Both the position numbers and the translations under genes were made by a program. A stretch of DNA of 64,000 bases from a virus. The stretch lies in UHGV virus genome UHGV-0179428; one strand, given 5' to 3'. Positions 1-9,172 of the stretch are shown here, piece by piece (within the stretch, counting starts at the first letter, position 1; each line of letters opens with the position of its first letter). Below the pieces are notes generated by a model. The model was given only the letters and a program-made list of their open reading frames with translations. It did not search any database and was not told the origin of the DNA.

Positions 1-492
1 GCTCAGGATGAAGTAGACAACACCCCCATTTAATCCGATGTTACCCTGTCGAAGTTCGAGAGCAATTTCCAGGGGACGTGAAATCTCCCCCAAACCAAAG
101 AAAGATTCGTCGTGCGCCGCAACAACTTCGTACTTATTCACGCCTTGTTCTACAACAACGAACCAGTTATCCGACACTGGATACGGATTGCGCATGAAAG
201 AATGTTCGATCCCCACGCTTGGGTCAACAGTAACGGTTGTATGGCGCATTCCCATGGCGAAGTTGAACGTATCCCCATTTTGAACCGCAATTGCACAGTC
301 AATCGGAAGAATATCGGTGGTTCGATCGATAGAGAAAATCGTTTCCTGCGTAATTGAAGACTGATTGCTGCCTAGGAAATGGTTACGCAGAAAAGCAGCG
401 GTTGGACCTACGCTGGTTTGCAGCATATGGTAGCTATAACGACGACGTAGAGTGTTAGCCAGTTCGTAAATTACTTCAGATGGAAAAGTCAT
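1..492 (-). CDS. hypothetical protein, N-terminal part (gene runs off window start)
   Basis: Open frame on minus strand from ATG at 492 to position 1 with no stop; upstream CCTAAAAGAGGACTATTAAA-ATG RBS context; absent from the ORF track because it has no stop in the window. Confidence 0.6.
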   Translation of the reverse strand, partial: MTFPSEVIYELANTLRRRYSYHMLQTSVGPTAAFLRNHFLGSNQSSITQETIFSIDRTTDILPIDCAIAVQNGDTFNFAMGMRHTTVTVDPSVGIEHSFMRNPYPVSDNWFVVVEQGVNKYEVVAAHDESFFGLGEISRPLEIALELRQGNIGLNGGVVYFILS

Positions 493-545
493 TTTAATAG
501 TCCTCTTTTAGGTTTGTTCAAATCAACTAAGGGTTATGTAAAAAG

Positions 546-1025
546 TTAAAACAGTGGTAAGTTACGCCATTGACCTACCGAGTAAAAAGCTTTTGGATGT
601 TTACGGATATACGCTTTCGCTTCTTCTGGCAACCAACGATTGCCTACCAGTTTTTGTTGCGCAACAATTACCGCCAACAGCAAATACGGGTTTTTCGCGC
701 CGGGGAACTTTGCATTGGTTTCTAGCGCAATATCTAACATTGACGACCAGCCCAGTAATTTACGTTGCGCCGGTAAACGTTCTTCAATAAACATTAACCA
801 GTCCATGATTTGTCTAGGTTTATACGGACACGTATAATTCGCCCAACTTACCATCCCGAACTTAATAGCCTTCGCAATAACCCATACAGGAACTGCCACG
901 AAAAGACAGAAAATGGTCAACTGTGAGGCAGGTGCATCGATAAAAGTAACCGCTACAAGAACCATACACAGTTCAAGCACCACAAACCAAAAACGTGTTG
1001 GATAACGCCAAATGAATTTTATCAT
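546..1025 (-). CDS. small integral membrane protein (hypothetical)
   Basis: ORF track; strongly hydrophobic segments; CCCTAAAGGAACAGAGAT-ATG RBS context. Confidence 0.7.
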   Translation of the reverse strand: MIKFIWRYPTRFWFVVLELCMVLVAVTFIDAPASQLTIFCLFVAVPVWVIAKAIKFGMVSWANYTCPYKPRQIMDWLMFIEERLPAQRKLLGWSSMLDIALETNAKFPGAKNPYLLLAVIVAQQKLVGNRWLPEEAKAYIRKHPKAFYSVGQWRNLPLF

Positions 1026-1091
1026 ATCTCTGTTCCTTTAGGGAATGAAAATAAAAGTACCCCTTACTCCGTAAAGGGTAAGGGGTAGAGG

Positions 1092-1601
1092 TTAGAAGAA
1101 CGGCTGATTTGGAATGACAGCGTACTCTAAAATGAACATGTGCTCTGGGGCGTCTTCTTTACGCCAGACTTTGTGTGTTATCACAAGTTTTTCCAGAATC
1201 GTTAGAAAACTACGCTGGCAGTATGTGTTTTCGCCAAGTAGCAGTTTCTGAAGTTCTACAGTAGCGTCCATATACGCCTGTTTAAAGACTAAGCTACGGT
1301 TATACTGTCCAGTAAAATTCCAAAGCAAGACTTTCCCTTCTTCGGTTTCTTTTACCGTTGGTCGTAAACCACAAATCCACAGCAAGGCAAGGTTGACGTT
1401 CCAGTCAAACTCTAAACCTTCTTCTTCGTCATCACCGAATGCTGTAGGTAAAGCATCGTAAAATTCGTGCTTCTCTGCGAACTCTTCATCCGATTTAATC
1501 TCGTCTTCGATGCTGCTTCGGACGATACCGTAAATGTCTTTCGCGGTTAGCTGTGCGGCCTTTGTAATGCCTTTATACCAATCGGTTACAACGATGCTCA
1601 A
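1092..1601 (-). CDS. hypothetical protein
   Basis: ORF track; TTG start preceded by GAGGAG; start overlaps stop of upstream gene (translational coupling). Confidence 0.65.
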   Translation of the reverse strand: MSIVVTDWYKGITKAAQLTAKDIYGIVRSSIEDEIKSDEEFAEKHEFYDALPTAFGDDEEEGLEFDWNVNLALLWICGLRPTVKETEEGKVLLWNFTGQYNRSLVFKQAYMDATVELQKLLLGENTYCQRSFLTILEKLVITHKVWRKEDAPEHMFILEYAVIPNQPFF

Positions 1602-2296
1602 AGGGTAACTCCTCTATCGGTTGGAAAACTCATGTTTATTGTATCCCAAATTTTACTAACTTCCGCCAATTGAATCTGACGTGATGTTTTCTTCGCAAAC
1701 GCAAGCTGACGTGGGGCCGAGCCCACAACAACAGGCACATCGATTTTCGCGCTATAGAACGCGGCATCTTTCATAAAGCCTGCCATTTCTCGTTGTGCTG
1801 CTCGAGATTTGCTTTTGATTCGCGTGTGAGCGCCACTTTCACCCCAGTGGTAAGCTAACGCAACTTCAGCCATGGTGGGCTTGCGTTTGAGTCGTTTGGT
1901 TAACCCCTTCTCAAGATGTTTAACATACGCGGTAGCCAGCAAAACAGCGTTACGCGGATTATACAAATCGGTGTTCTGACTAAGACCTAATTCTTTTCCA
2001 TAAAGCTTTAGCAGATTGCGCTTGGTACTTGGAAGCATCTGTACCAGGCTGTGCGCTCGTGTGCTTTTGTTGTAAGCCTTGGGATCAAAACGTGATTCGC
2101 GATAAATCAGCGTAATCATCAGTTTAGGATCAACGCCTTGTTTTCGTGAGATTTCCACAATTAACGGACTGACTTTTTCGAACCGATGTTGGATTTGTGT
2201 AAACTCACGCTGATGCTTAGAATGTGGCGTTGACGTTGACGCCTGTGCGTTAAACGCGAAAAGTGTTACCAGTAAAAGAAAGAAGATACGAAACAT
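1598..2296 (-). CDS. putative lytic transglycosylase (SLT-domain) with N-terminal signal peptide
   Basis: ORF track 1598-2323; preferred ATG at 2296 preceded by GGAGAAAC; N-terminal hydrophobic signal-like segment; ESRFDP...LVQMLP motif resembling the SLT catalytic region. Confidence 0.55.
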   Translation of the reverse strand: MFRIFFLLLVTLFAFNAQASTSTPHSKHQREFTQIQHRFEKVSPLIVEISRKQGVDPKLMITLIYRESRFDPKAYNKSTRAHSLVQMLPSTKRNLLKLYGKELGLSQNTDLYNPRNAVLLATAYVKHLEKGLTKRLKRKPTMAEVALAYHWGESGAHTRIKSKSRAAQREMAGFMKDAAFYSAKIDVPVVVGSAPRQLAFAKKTSRQIQLAEVSKIWDTINMSFPTDRGVTL

Positions 2297-2396
2297 TTTG
2301 TTTCTCCAGTTGGATTTATACATTTCCGTATTCCGTAAGACGAAATGACGGCGCGGACAGCTAATACTCCTTTGTTGTGTGCCCTAATGATAATAT

Positions 2397-2957
2397 CTAT
2401 TTAAAAGAGTTTGGAATTAATGACTCTGCTTCTCGATACAACCTATCGGGTAAGTATAACGTGTAGTGTTGCCTCCTCGGTTCAAGTTTTTTGTAAAGCC
2501 ACAAGAAGATTTCTTGTCTTTCCCAGGAATCTAACCACCCATTTGCCATTCCCAGTGGAGGGATAGCAACGCTGGTATCCAGCTCCTCAACACAATCTGC
2601 TAATGCGGTAATGCCCGCAGTAACATAAGAAACCTGGGACTTTAAACGCCAATGTGTTTTCGTTGGGAGCAAGATGCACTTTTCATCAGGGTAAACGTAA
2701 ACGCTTCCAATCTTAATTTCGTCTTCACGACACCGCTTACGGTAATCTTGATATAGGTTGGGGTAGCGTTCACGGCACGCCAGCGCAATACCGCGGCCCA
2801 TTGCTCCTACACAGTTAATGGTAACGACTTTATAGTCTTCGGGCGCATTAAAAAGATCGCTACCAATTTCAGATTCTTTACGTACCGTTAACATAACGAA
2901 TCGGCCGCAGTTGATGTGTAGTATTAAAACGTGTACCGCCGATTGATAACTCGACAA
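2397..2957 (-). CDS. putative macro-domain-like (ADP-ribose binding/processing) protein
   Basis: ORF track; VVTINCVGAMGRG and later AIPPLGMANG segments resemble the two glycine-rich loops of macro domains; start uncertain (TTG 2957 or ATG 2894). Confidence 0.35.
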   Translation of the reverse strand: MSSYQSAVHVLILHINCGRFVMLTVRKESEIGSDLFNAPEDYKVVTINCVGAMGRGIALACRERYPNLYQDYRKRCREDEIKIGSVYVYPDEKCILLPTKTHWRLKSQVSYVTAGITALADCVEELDTSVAIPPLGMANGWLDSWERQEIFLWLYKKLEPRRQHYTLYLPDRLYREAESLIPNSFK

Positions 2958-2981
2958 GTATAGCGATATACGTTTTACCCA

Positions 2982-3350
2982 TTAGCGATTTTTTGTAATC
3001 CATTGTTTGACCGCCGTTTCTAAACCTTCGTGTTGTAAGCCCAGGCGTTGCATAGCCAGTGCCAAGTTGAGCGTGTGTACAACCTGTTCACGGAACTGAT
3101 GATCGTTCATGCGGTCCCAGACCTTCTCTACCGAAATATTGTGTTTCCAGAGCAAATAAGCTTCGCGACACGATGCGCGACGAACCAAGCTGGGTTTAAC
3201 AAAAGGCAGCTCGATTTCAGGTAAGTAACCTAAAAGCTTAACTAGCTGTGTTACCTGTGTCTTACCAAAGTCGTCACACTGATAACAAATTTGTAGAATG
3301 TCAAATTCATTCAACGGTATGCCGTAAATTGATGGGTTCTCTGTGAACAT
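2982..3350 (-). CDS. hypothetical protein
   Basis: ORF track; GAGGAG RBS 7 nt upstream of ATG. Confidence 0.65.
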   Translation of the reverse strand: MFTENPSIYGIPLNEFDILQICYQCDDFGKTQVTQLVKLLGYLPEIELPFVKPSLVRRASCREAYLLWKHNISVEKVWDRMNDHQFREQVVHTLNLALAMQRLGLQHEGLETAVKQWITKNR

Positions 3351-3552
3351 TCATATTCTCCTCAGGCTCGAAATGTGTTTCGGGTGGCAACGTTCCTAAA
3401 GCCCCTTGGATACAAGCCGTCAGTGAAGGTTTGCCGAAACATACCTTACCTATTGTCCCCATATTGGGATGCTGTAAGAACGCTTTCGCACGTTCGTATT
3501 CTTTCCAACAAATACTCGTATCCAAACCACCCACTCCGTACGATTTTAACAT
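3307..3552 (-). CDS. hypothetical protein
   Basis: ORF track; AGGAGAGCTAATT-ATG RBS; 44-nt overlap with downstream gene. Confidence 0.6.
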   Translation of the reverse strand: MLKSYGVGGLDTSICWKEYERAKAFLQHPNMGTIGKVCFGKPSLTACIQGALGTLPPETHFEPEENMNVHREPINLRHTVE

Positions 3553-3618
3553 AATTAGCTCTCCTGACGTAAATTTCTCACACTCATAGTGAAGTACGCC
3601 AAGAGAGCTTTATTGTTT

Positions 3619-4062
3619 TTAGAATGTTTTGCTAAAATCGACCCACTCACGATCGTGTGAGTAAACCGCCTGATAGCCGCGTCGGATGAAATACTCTTTT
3701 GCTTCTTTACATTTCGCATACATGCCAGTAACAATCTCGCCGAAAACTTCATCAGCTGCAATTGCTTTGAAAATCTCTTTCATTACACCCCGTTGACGAT
3801 AGTCTGGGAGCACGTATACCGAACGTATCTTAAGTGAACCGTTACGATTCCGATAACTACAGTATCCTACCGCGACATCATCCTGATACACCAGAACTAT
3901 GCAGTTACCTTCGATCAGCTGTCGCGCATTTAACTTCGGCACCGACGTTTTGATTTTCAGTAACGTGGCCTGGTGGTCTAAGTAACGGTAGTGTAGTTTG
4001 AGTAAATCGGCAGCTTGTCGCTCACCGACTTTAGAAGATGCGTTCAACAAATAAATTTCCAT
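3619..4062 (-). CDS. GNAT-family N-acetyltransferase
   Basis: ORF track 3619-4068; ATG at 4062 preceded by TAAGG; motif VYVLPDYRQRGVMKEIF matches the GNAT acetyl-CoA binding motif A. Confidence 0.6.
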   Translation of the reverse strand: MEIYLLNASSKVGERQAADLLKLHYRYLDHQATLLKIKTSVPKLNARQLIEGNCIVLVYQDDVAVGYCSYRNRNGSLKIRSVYVLPDYRQRGVMKEIFKAIAADEVFGEIVTGMYAKCKEAKEYFIRRGYQAVYSHDREWVDFSKTF

Positions 4063-4093
4063 TTGCAAACCTTAGAGACGCAAAAAAGTAAAA

Positions 4094-4222
4094 TTAAAAC
4101 CAACGCGCGATGACGAAAGCCGCAGCGGCTAATATGGCTGTGGTGATTATCAATCCACCCCATGAAAGTTCCGCGTCGTATAGTGCGGATATCGCTACAT
4201 TCGTAGCGTTTATCGTGGTCAT
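4094..4222 (-). CDS. small membrane protein (42 aa), hypothetical
   Basis: Manually translated: ATG at 4222 preceded by CAGGAGCAGAAA; peptide MTTINATNVAISALYDAELSWGGLIITTAILAAAAFVIARWF with C-terminal hydrophobic helix; below ORF-track size cutoff. Confidence 0.35.
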   Translation of the reverse strand: MTTINATNVAISALYDAELSWGGLIITTAILAAAAFVIARWF

Positions 4223-4279
4223 TTTCTGCTCCTGTCAATACCCTCACACCGGAGGGTATCTTCTGGACTATTTGGGTGG

Positions 4280-4378
4280 TTAATCTTCGAATGCCCAACG
4301 GTGACGTTTAATCAGCCAGTTTAAACCTTTACCAATTAACCACAACGAGCCAAGTGTTAACAGAACCCCTACAACCAT
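4280..4378 (-). CDS. small membrane peptide (32 aa), hypothetical
   Basis: Manually translated: ATG at 4378 preceded by AGGAGAGGGG; peptide MVVGVLLTLGSLWLIGKGLNWLIKRHRWAFED. Confidence 0.3.
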   Translation of the reverse strand: MVVGVLLTLGSLWLIGKGLNWLIKRHRWAFED

Positions 4379-4388
4379 ATCCCCTCTC

Positions 4389-4574
4389 CTAATTCCGCCA
4401 TTCGCATTCGCGTTGACGCCAAATTGAACCCCACGATAGTTTAATCAGATAAGATGAAACTACCCATAAAATCATCACCACACAAAACATGACATAAAGA
4501 ACCGCTAGAATGGACATGAAGCCAAACCCTGCCGCATCCACAATACGACGGAACCAATCAGTTTGCATAAACAA
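4389..4574 (-). CDS. small membrane protein, hypothetical
   Basis: ORF track; hydrophobic core; AGGAG RBS; overlaps the end of the upstream ATPase gene. Confidence 0.5.
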   Translation of the reverse strand: MFMQTDWFRRIVDAAGFGFMSILAVLYVMFCVVMILWVVSSYLIKLSWGSIWRQRECEWRN

Positions 4575-7062
4575 TTTTTACTCCTTCGTTATACACCGCA
4601 GGCAATGTCACCCCTTCCGGTTCGATGACACAGTACGATGCTTCATTAAGTTTAGAATGAACCTCGGCTTCGTGGGAGACTACCAACAGTTGAGAAAATT
4701 CTCCCGAGTTTGCTAACGTTTTAATAAAGCCGACCAGGTTGTTACGGTGCTCCTCATCCATACCTTCCGAAGGCTCATCCAAAAGCAATGGAAACTGATG
4801 CAACTTCAGCGCTTTGTACGCGGTCAGCCTGAACATCAGATTAAATATCGCACGCTGCGCCTTAGACCCTTTACGCACGTCAGGAACAGGCTCAGGATGC
4901 GTTTTTAGCTGGACAGGAAAAGTATAATCCAAATCACCGTCAGTGAGATCGCAAGGCATGACGCGCATGGGGTACGTCCAGACCTGTTCGATATAACGCG
5001 TCATTAACTCTGTGATTCTAACGATAGCGTTGTAAAAATACTTTCTAAGCACACCCTTTTCTGGCGAGAAGGCTTGAATCATCAGTTTGTTATTGAACTG
5101 CTGGGCTTGCAAGTCAGCAAGTTCGCGTTCCAAACTGTTGAGCTGATTCAATTCATTTTCCATCTGACGATAACGTTCGCGTGCGGTTGTAAAAGCATCC
5201 AGCTTCCCTTCTCGTGCACGTAAGAGTTCCTCGACGACTGTATTTGTCAACGTAACCTTAACATCACTCTCTAACCGTTCGAATAACGCACTGAAATCAT
5301 CTACAGCACGTTTAACATTCACCAGATAGGTAAGTGTCGTGTTAGCCAGTTCGTGCTCTCTACGACGCATTGAGAGCATCTCTGTGGCTTTACCTAATCG
5401 CGACTGTTGGAAAGCGATTTTCTGTTGTAAAGCACCATCGACGTTACCAACGGCCGCTACGGCATCCTGCCATTCTTTTTCCGCTTTCACTAACCGTTGT
5501 CGGGTTTCATGGTACTCAATAGCAGAGTACAACTCACTGTCAAACGCTGCGCATAGGCTCCCGAACTGCTCGCGTGATTCTGTGAAAACGTTACGTTCTT
5601 GCAAACGCTTAAAGAACATGCTCAATACCGGGTCCTTTGAATACGTCAGTACAATCTCACGAACCTGTCGCATATAAGTTACATCGGATTCTAACTCAAC
5701 ACGATCGCGTAATAGGGCCTCTAACTGCGTTTGTAGTTCCGTGCGCTGCTGTTGTTGTCCGCGAATCGAAGACTCAAGTTCAGGTAAAGAACGTGTAACA
5801 CCAGGCCGAAACTTAAACCGACACTGCGGACAATCCACTTCTGCTGTTTCTAAGTAGTGATTACGCTCATGATTTAAATTCTGTAAAACGTTCTCCACTC
5901 GCTGGAGTCTATCCCGCAACCCTGCGGTTTTTTGATCCATCACCAGAAGCCGTTCTTCCAAAACATTGAGTTTTTCGGTTGAATGAATTGCGTCCAGTGT
6001 TGTTCCTAACCGTTGCCCCCAGACACGCGCATCGGTAGCCGCACGAAGTTGGTCTAAATTGACGTTGTCGTTAAATAGACCCGGAAAGAGATGCTCGGTG
6101 TCCCATTTGGTAAGTAACTCACGTAAACGTGCCAGCGTATTCTTGAGACCTTCGTGATTCCGCATCAGGTAGTCTTGTCGTGTCGACTCATCCATTAATA
6201 ACGACAAGTCTTTATTCAACATCGATACCTCTGTTTCAGTAGAAACAACAGCTTCGCGGGCGGTCGCTTCGTTTTGTCGCGCGACCAGTATCTGTTCATC
6301 AGTAGGCAATCCACCACGATGTTGTAATATTGCGTCGATGGTTGGACCCAAGCTGTTTAATAACGCTTGGATTGTTTCGATGGTGACGGCACGATTTAAT
6401 CCTGGCAACTGTTCGATTTCTCGGTTCAGTTCACGTAAATCCGATTCCAAACCTTTTAATCTCGTCGCTAACTGCTGCCGTTCTTCCTCGTTCTCAATAA
6501 CGCGCGTCCGTAATTCGGCGATCTTACGGCTGGTGATTTCAATACCCCCATTTAAAGCAGTAAGGTTTTTACGCAAACGTTGATAAAACCCTAACGCGTA
6601 AGTGAGGTCAGAGGTACTTAAACGGTAAAACCACTTGCGGCGTAGTTCGGTTCCCGCGTCAGTTAACAACACCTCACCATTTAATAGTTCTTTAATCTCT
6701 TTCGTAATACCCGTGATTTCTTCAACACGGGAGTTGTAGACTTTCGCATTACCTTGCTCGACGATCTTTGTCCCCGTGGTCAAGTTCTCAATATCACAAA
6801 CCAGTGAGTTGCCTTTACGGGCAACTTTGAATCGATAGCGTTGATCGCCAACTAAACAGTAGTTTGTGTAAGAACCTCCGTCCCTGAATTCGGTTTTAGC
6901 CGGTGCTAAGGGTAAGAACACAGACAGTAGACTGGTTTTCCCGCAGCCGTTCCCACCCAGGATAATTGTTGTCGGTGACTGGATAGTGAAATCGAAGGTT
7001 TCAATTTCATGTAACCCCATCCCCGTAAAACCTTTGAGTATAATGCGTTCAACTTTTAGCAT
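4558..7062 (-). CDS. SMC/Rad50/SbcC-like ATPase with coiled coil
   Basis: ORF track 4558-7278; preferred ATG at 7062 after GGAGGTG; N-terminal Walker A GGNGCGKTS, long central coiled-coil region with CPQC, C-terminal Walker B LLLDEP and VVSHE. Confidence 0.7.
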   Translation of the reverse strand: MLKVERIILKGFTGMGLHEIETFDFTIQSPTTIILGGNGCGKTSLLSVFLPLAPAKTEFRDGGSYTNYCLVGDQRYRFKVARKGNSLVCDIENLTTGTKIVEQGNAKVYNSRVEEITGITKEIKELLNGEVLLTDAGTELRRKWFYRLSTSDLTYALGFYQRLRKNLTALNGGIEITSRKIAELRTRVIENEEERQQLATRLKGLESDLRELNREIEQLPGLNRAVTIETIQALLNSLGPTIDAILQHRGGLPTDEQILVARQNEATAREAVVSTETEVSMLNKDLSLLMDESTRQDYLMRNHEGLKNTLARLRELLTKWDTEHLFPGLFNDNVNLDQLRAATDARVWGQRLGTTLDAIHSTEKLNVLEERLLVMDQKTAGLRDRLQRVENVLQNLNHERNHYLETAEVDCPQCRFKFRPGVTRSLPELESSIRGQQQQRTELQTQLEALLRDRVELESDVTYMRQVREIVLTYSKDPVLSMFFKRLQERNVFTESREQFGSLCAAFDSELYSAIEYHETRQRLVKAEKEWQDAVAAVGNVDGALQQKIAFQQSRLGKATEMLSMRRREHELANTTLTYLVNVKRAVDDFSALFERLESDVKVTLTNTVVEELLRAREGKLDAFTTARERYRQMENELNQLNSLERELADLQAQQFNNKLMIQAFSPEKGVLRKYFYNAIVRITELMTRYIEQVWTYPMRVMPCDLTDGDLDYTFPVQLKTHPEPVPDVRKGSKAQRAIFNLMFRLTAYKALKLHQFPLLLDEPSEGMDEEHRNNLVGFIKTLANSGEFSQLLVVSHEAEVHSKLNEASYCVIEPEGVTLPAVYNEGVKIVYAN

Positions 7063-7093
7063 ACCCACCTCCATAAAGACGGAGTGTGGTGTA

Positions 7094-7137
7094 AAAAGAA
7101 AAAAAAATAAAGAAAGGGAGAACCCGAAGGTTCTCCC
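7094..7137 (-). terminator. rho-independent terminator
   Basis: GGGAGAACC-cgaa-GGTTCTCCC hairpin followed on minus strand by a long T tract. Confidence 0.7.
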
Positions 7138-7142
7138 AAACG

Positions 7143-7751
7143 TTATTTGGTGTAGAGGTGATAACCCATTGAAGTCCAATAATCGACGTTCTTCGTGTTT
7201 TCTACCCAAACCTGTCCCGCCTTTGTGGCTAAGACTTCCATTGTCAATGTACAGATCAGATTTGTTACCGGGATACAATTTCCAGGTGTAACATCATCCA
7301 GATAAACCGGGTATAAAAACGGCGATTTAATGGATTGGTACGGGTAAGAATAGTGGCTACCGACCTTCCACCCTTCTTCTACAGGACAGAGATTAAAAGT
7401 GCGTGTTTCAGGAACTGCGTTTTCAGAGATCCAGTTAACAACATCGGCTTTAATTCGATCGTGGTCGATATAGTAGAACACAACACGTTGTGGGATACTT
7501 GTGGTACCAGCCGGGTCTAAAGCCTCCAACGCCTTAAAAGGCGACGTTAACAATGTTGTACTGTTCTCAAGCGCGTAAACCAACTTTTCGTAAGCAGTCG
7601 GTGTTTTACGTTTAAAATATTCCCGTAAGCGAGGGTATGCCAGGAATCCCTCTACTTCTTCTTCCATTAAGTCAATGAATAAAGGCGTATGCGAAAAACG
7701 CTCTGCATTTTGCATCGCTTCAAGAAAACGAACTAATGTAATTTCGTTCAT
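7143..7751 (-). CDS. hypothetical protein
   Basis: ORF track; AAGGAAAG RBS; flanked by terminator hairpins. Confidence 0.7.
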   Translation of the reverse strand: MNEITLVRFLEAMQNAERFSHTPLFIDLMEEEVEGFLAYPRLREYFKRKTPTAYEKLVYALENSTTLLTSPFKALEALDPAGTTSIPQRVVFYYIDHDRIKADVVNWISENAVPETRTFNLCPVEEGWKVGSHYSYPYQSIKSPFLYPVYLDDVTPGNCIPVTNLICTLTMEVLATKAGQVWVENTKNVDYWTSMGYHLYTK

Positions 7752-7771
7752 CTGGTCTTTCCTTTTAGATC

Positions 7772-7801
7772 AAAAAAAGAAGCCCCGAGTAAACGGGGCC
7801 G
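7772..7801 (-). terminator. rho-independent terminator
   Basis: GCCCCG-agtaaa-CGGGGC hairpin with T tract on minus strand. Confidence 0.55.
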
Positions 7802-7807
7802 GGCTAA

Positions 7808-8284
7808 TTACAGCCCTAAGTGCGTGAGTGATAAAATAGGTTGTGTTTCACCTTTAATCGTCGCGAAGGAACGATACATTTCTGCGTTACTTGAAAAAAC
7901 TTCGTTAGCAACGATACATTCACCCGTCTCTAAAGAAAGGAGATAAATGTAGTCGCTCCATACGCTTTGTACCAACACCCACTCAAGTGCGGTATCATTT
8001 TCGCGTGTTGTTCGCAGGTGGTGAAAGTAAGGACGGATTGCATCAACTGCCGCATTAAAACGACGGTGATAAATTCGGGTTAAATCAAAGGTCCAGATTG
8101 TTTCCAGGTCGACTGGATGTAGTGTGCGCACCGTTTCGATAATCGTCGACTGATCGTTAAGGCGCGAGGCTTCGGCGATACGTAGCAGTTTCCAGGCCAC
8201 CGTTAAGTTGTGGCGAATTTGTTCAGGTTTAGCCGACAGGTCATGATGAAATTGCGCAGCTTGGTAAACGTTAGATAATTGCAT
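7808..8284 (-). CDS. hypothetical protein
   Basis: ORF track; ACCTAAAGGAGTATTAAA-ATG context. Confidence 0.75.
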   Translation of the reverse strand: MQLSNVYQAAQFHHDLSAKPEQIRHNLTVAWKLLRIAEASRLNDQSTIIETVRTLHPVDLETIWTFDLTRIYHRRFNAAVDAIRPYFHHLRTTRENDTALEWVLVQSVWSDYIYLLSLETGECIVANEVFSSNAEMYRSFATIKGETQPILSLTHLGL

Positions 8285-8311
8285 TTTAATACTCCTTTAG
8301 GTAAACATGTC

Positions 8312-8340
8312 GTAAAAAGGACCCCGGACGTACCGGGGTC
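8312..8340 (-). terminator. rho-independent terminator
   Basis: GACCCCGG-acgta-CCGGGGTC hairpin then T-rich run on minus strand. Confidence 0.6.
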
Positions 8341-8350
8341 AAGACTACAC

Positions 8351-8740
8351 TCAATGATCTAATTCAATAGCACCAGCCATCTTGCCCCGTTCTTCGATAA
8401 CGATCAGATAACGGTCGCGAGATTTGCTTTTAGCGAGAGTTAAGACAACGGTAGGGTCGCACGTTTTCGTGGTGATAGGAAGAACCTCTCTTGCGACGGA
8501 ATCGAGCAGAAAGTAATAACCTGCGGGACACATTGTGCCACCGTCAGCTTTTACCAGAATATAGCGCCCGTCTGCGCCGACTTCTTGGCAGATTGTTTCA
8601 CCGACTTCGCAAACTTCAAACCCCGGAGGATTGTACTGATAATCGGTATTGTTGTTTGGGGTTAGCAGTAAATCGTTAACTTGGGTAGATGCTGCTACAC
8701 TCAGGGAGAAGAAGAATGCTAAAACGCAGACGAGACGCAT
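8351..8740 (-). CDS. secreted/periplasmic protein with signal peptide, hypothetical
   Basis: ORF track; N-terminal MRLVCVLAFFFSLSVAAST; AAGGAG RBS. Confidence 0.7.
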   Translation of the reverse strand: MRLVCVLAFFFSLSVAASTQVNDLLLTPNNNTDYQYNPPGFEVCEVGETICQEVGADGRYILVKADGGTMCPAGYYFLLDSVAREVLPITTKTCDPTVVLTLAKSKSRDRYLIVIEERGKMAGAIELDH

Positions 8741-8750
8741 GAGTTACTCC

Positions 8751-9161
8751 TTAAATTTTAAGTTTATCCATAGCTACAACGATAGGTTTTTCCGAAGTGT
8801 CTAATATCCCTACCATTGGCACACCATCTACGACTTCGAAGAATGGTTTGTTATTACCAGAGCACAGACGTTTGTCGTTGTATTCGAGACGCTGGGCCTT
8901 CCACGTTTCGAGGTTGAGTACGGACATTGGGCTGTCGTAGCACCAGGCACCACCCTGCTCAACGATGAATACGTATCTGCTACCTTTGTATTTAAACAGA
9001 CTCTTTGCCTGACAGTACAAGCCGTCGATTTCCGTACAATAGAAATCATCGGTGCTATTGACGTACTTAATATTGTCTGGCAACTGTATTGTTTTTGCTG
9101 TAGTGTTGACAGAGAATAGAACAGCCATTGCAATGAGGAGAGTATTAATGATAGTTTTCAT
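8751..9161 (-). CDS. secreted protein with signal peptide, hypothetical
   Basis: ORF track; N-terminal MKTIINTLLIAMAVLFSVNTTA; TAAGGA RBS. Confidence 0.7.
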   Translation of the reverse strand: MKTIINTLLIAMAVLFSVNTTAKTIQLPDNIKYVNSTDDFYCTEIDGLYCQAKSLFKYKGSRYVFIVEQGGAWCYDSPMSVLNLETWKAQRLEYNDKRLCSGNNKPFFEVVDGVPMVGILDTSEKPIVVAMDKLKI

Positions 9162-9172
9162 GATAAAAGTCC

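Noticed and set aside
3555-3761. ORF 3555-3761 (-) and ORF 4044-4298 (-)
   Set aside because: Overlap better-supported genes (GNAT 3619-4062; small ORFs with strong RBS at 4094-4222 and 4280-4378), lack RBS, and have atypical composition
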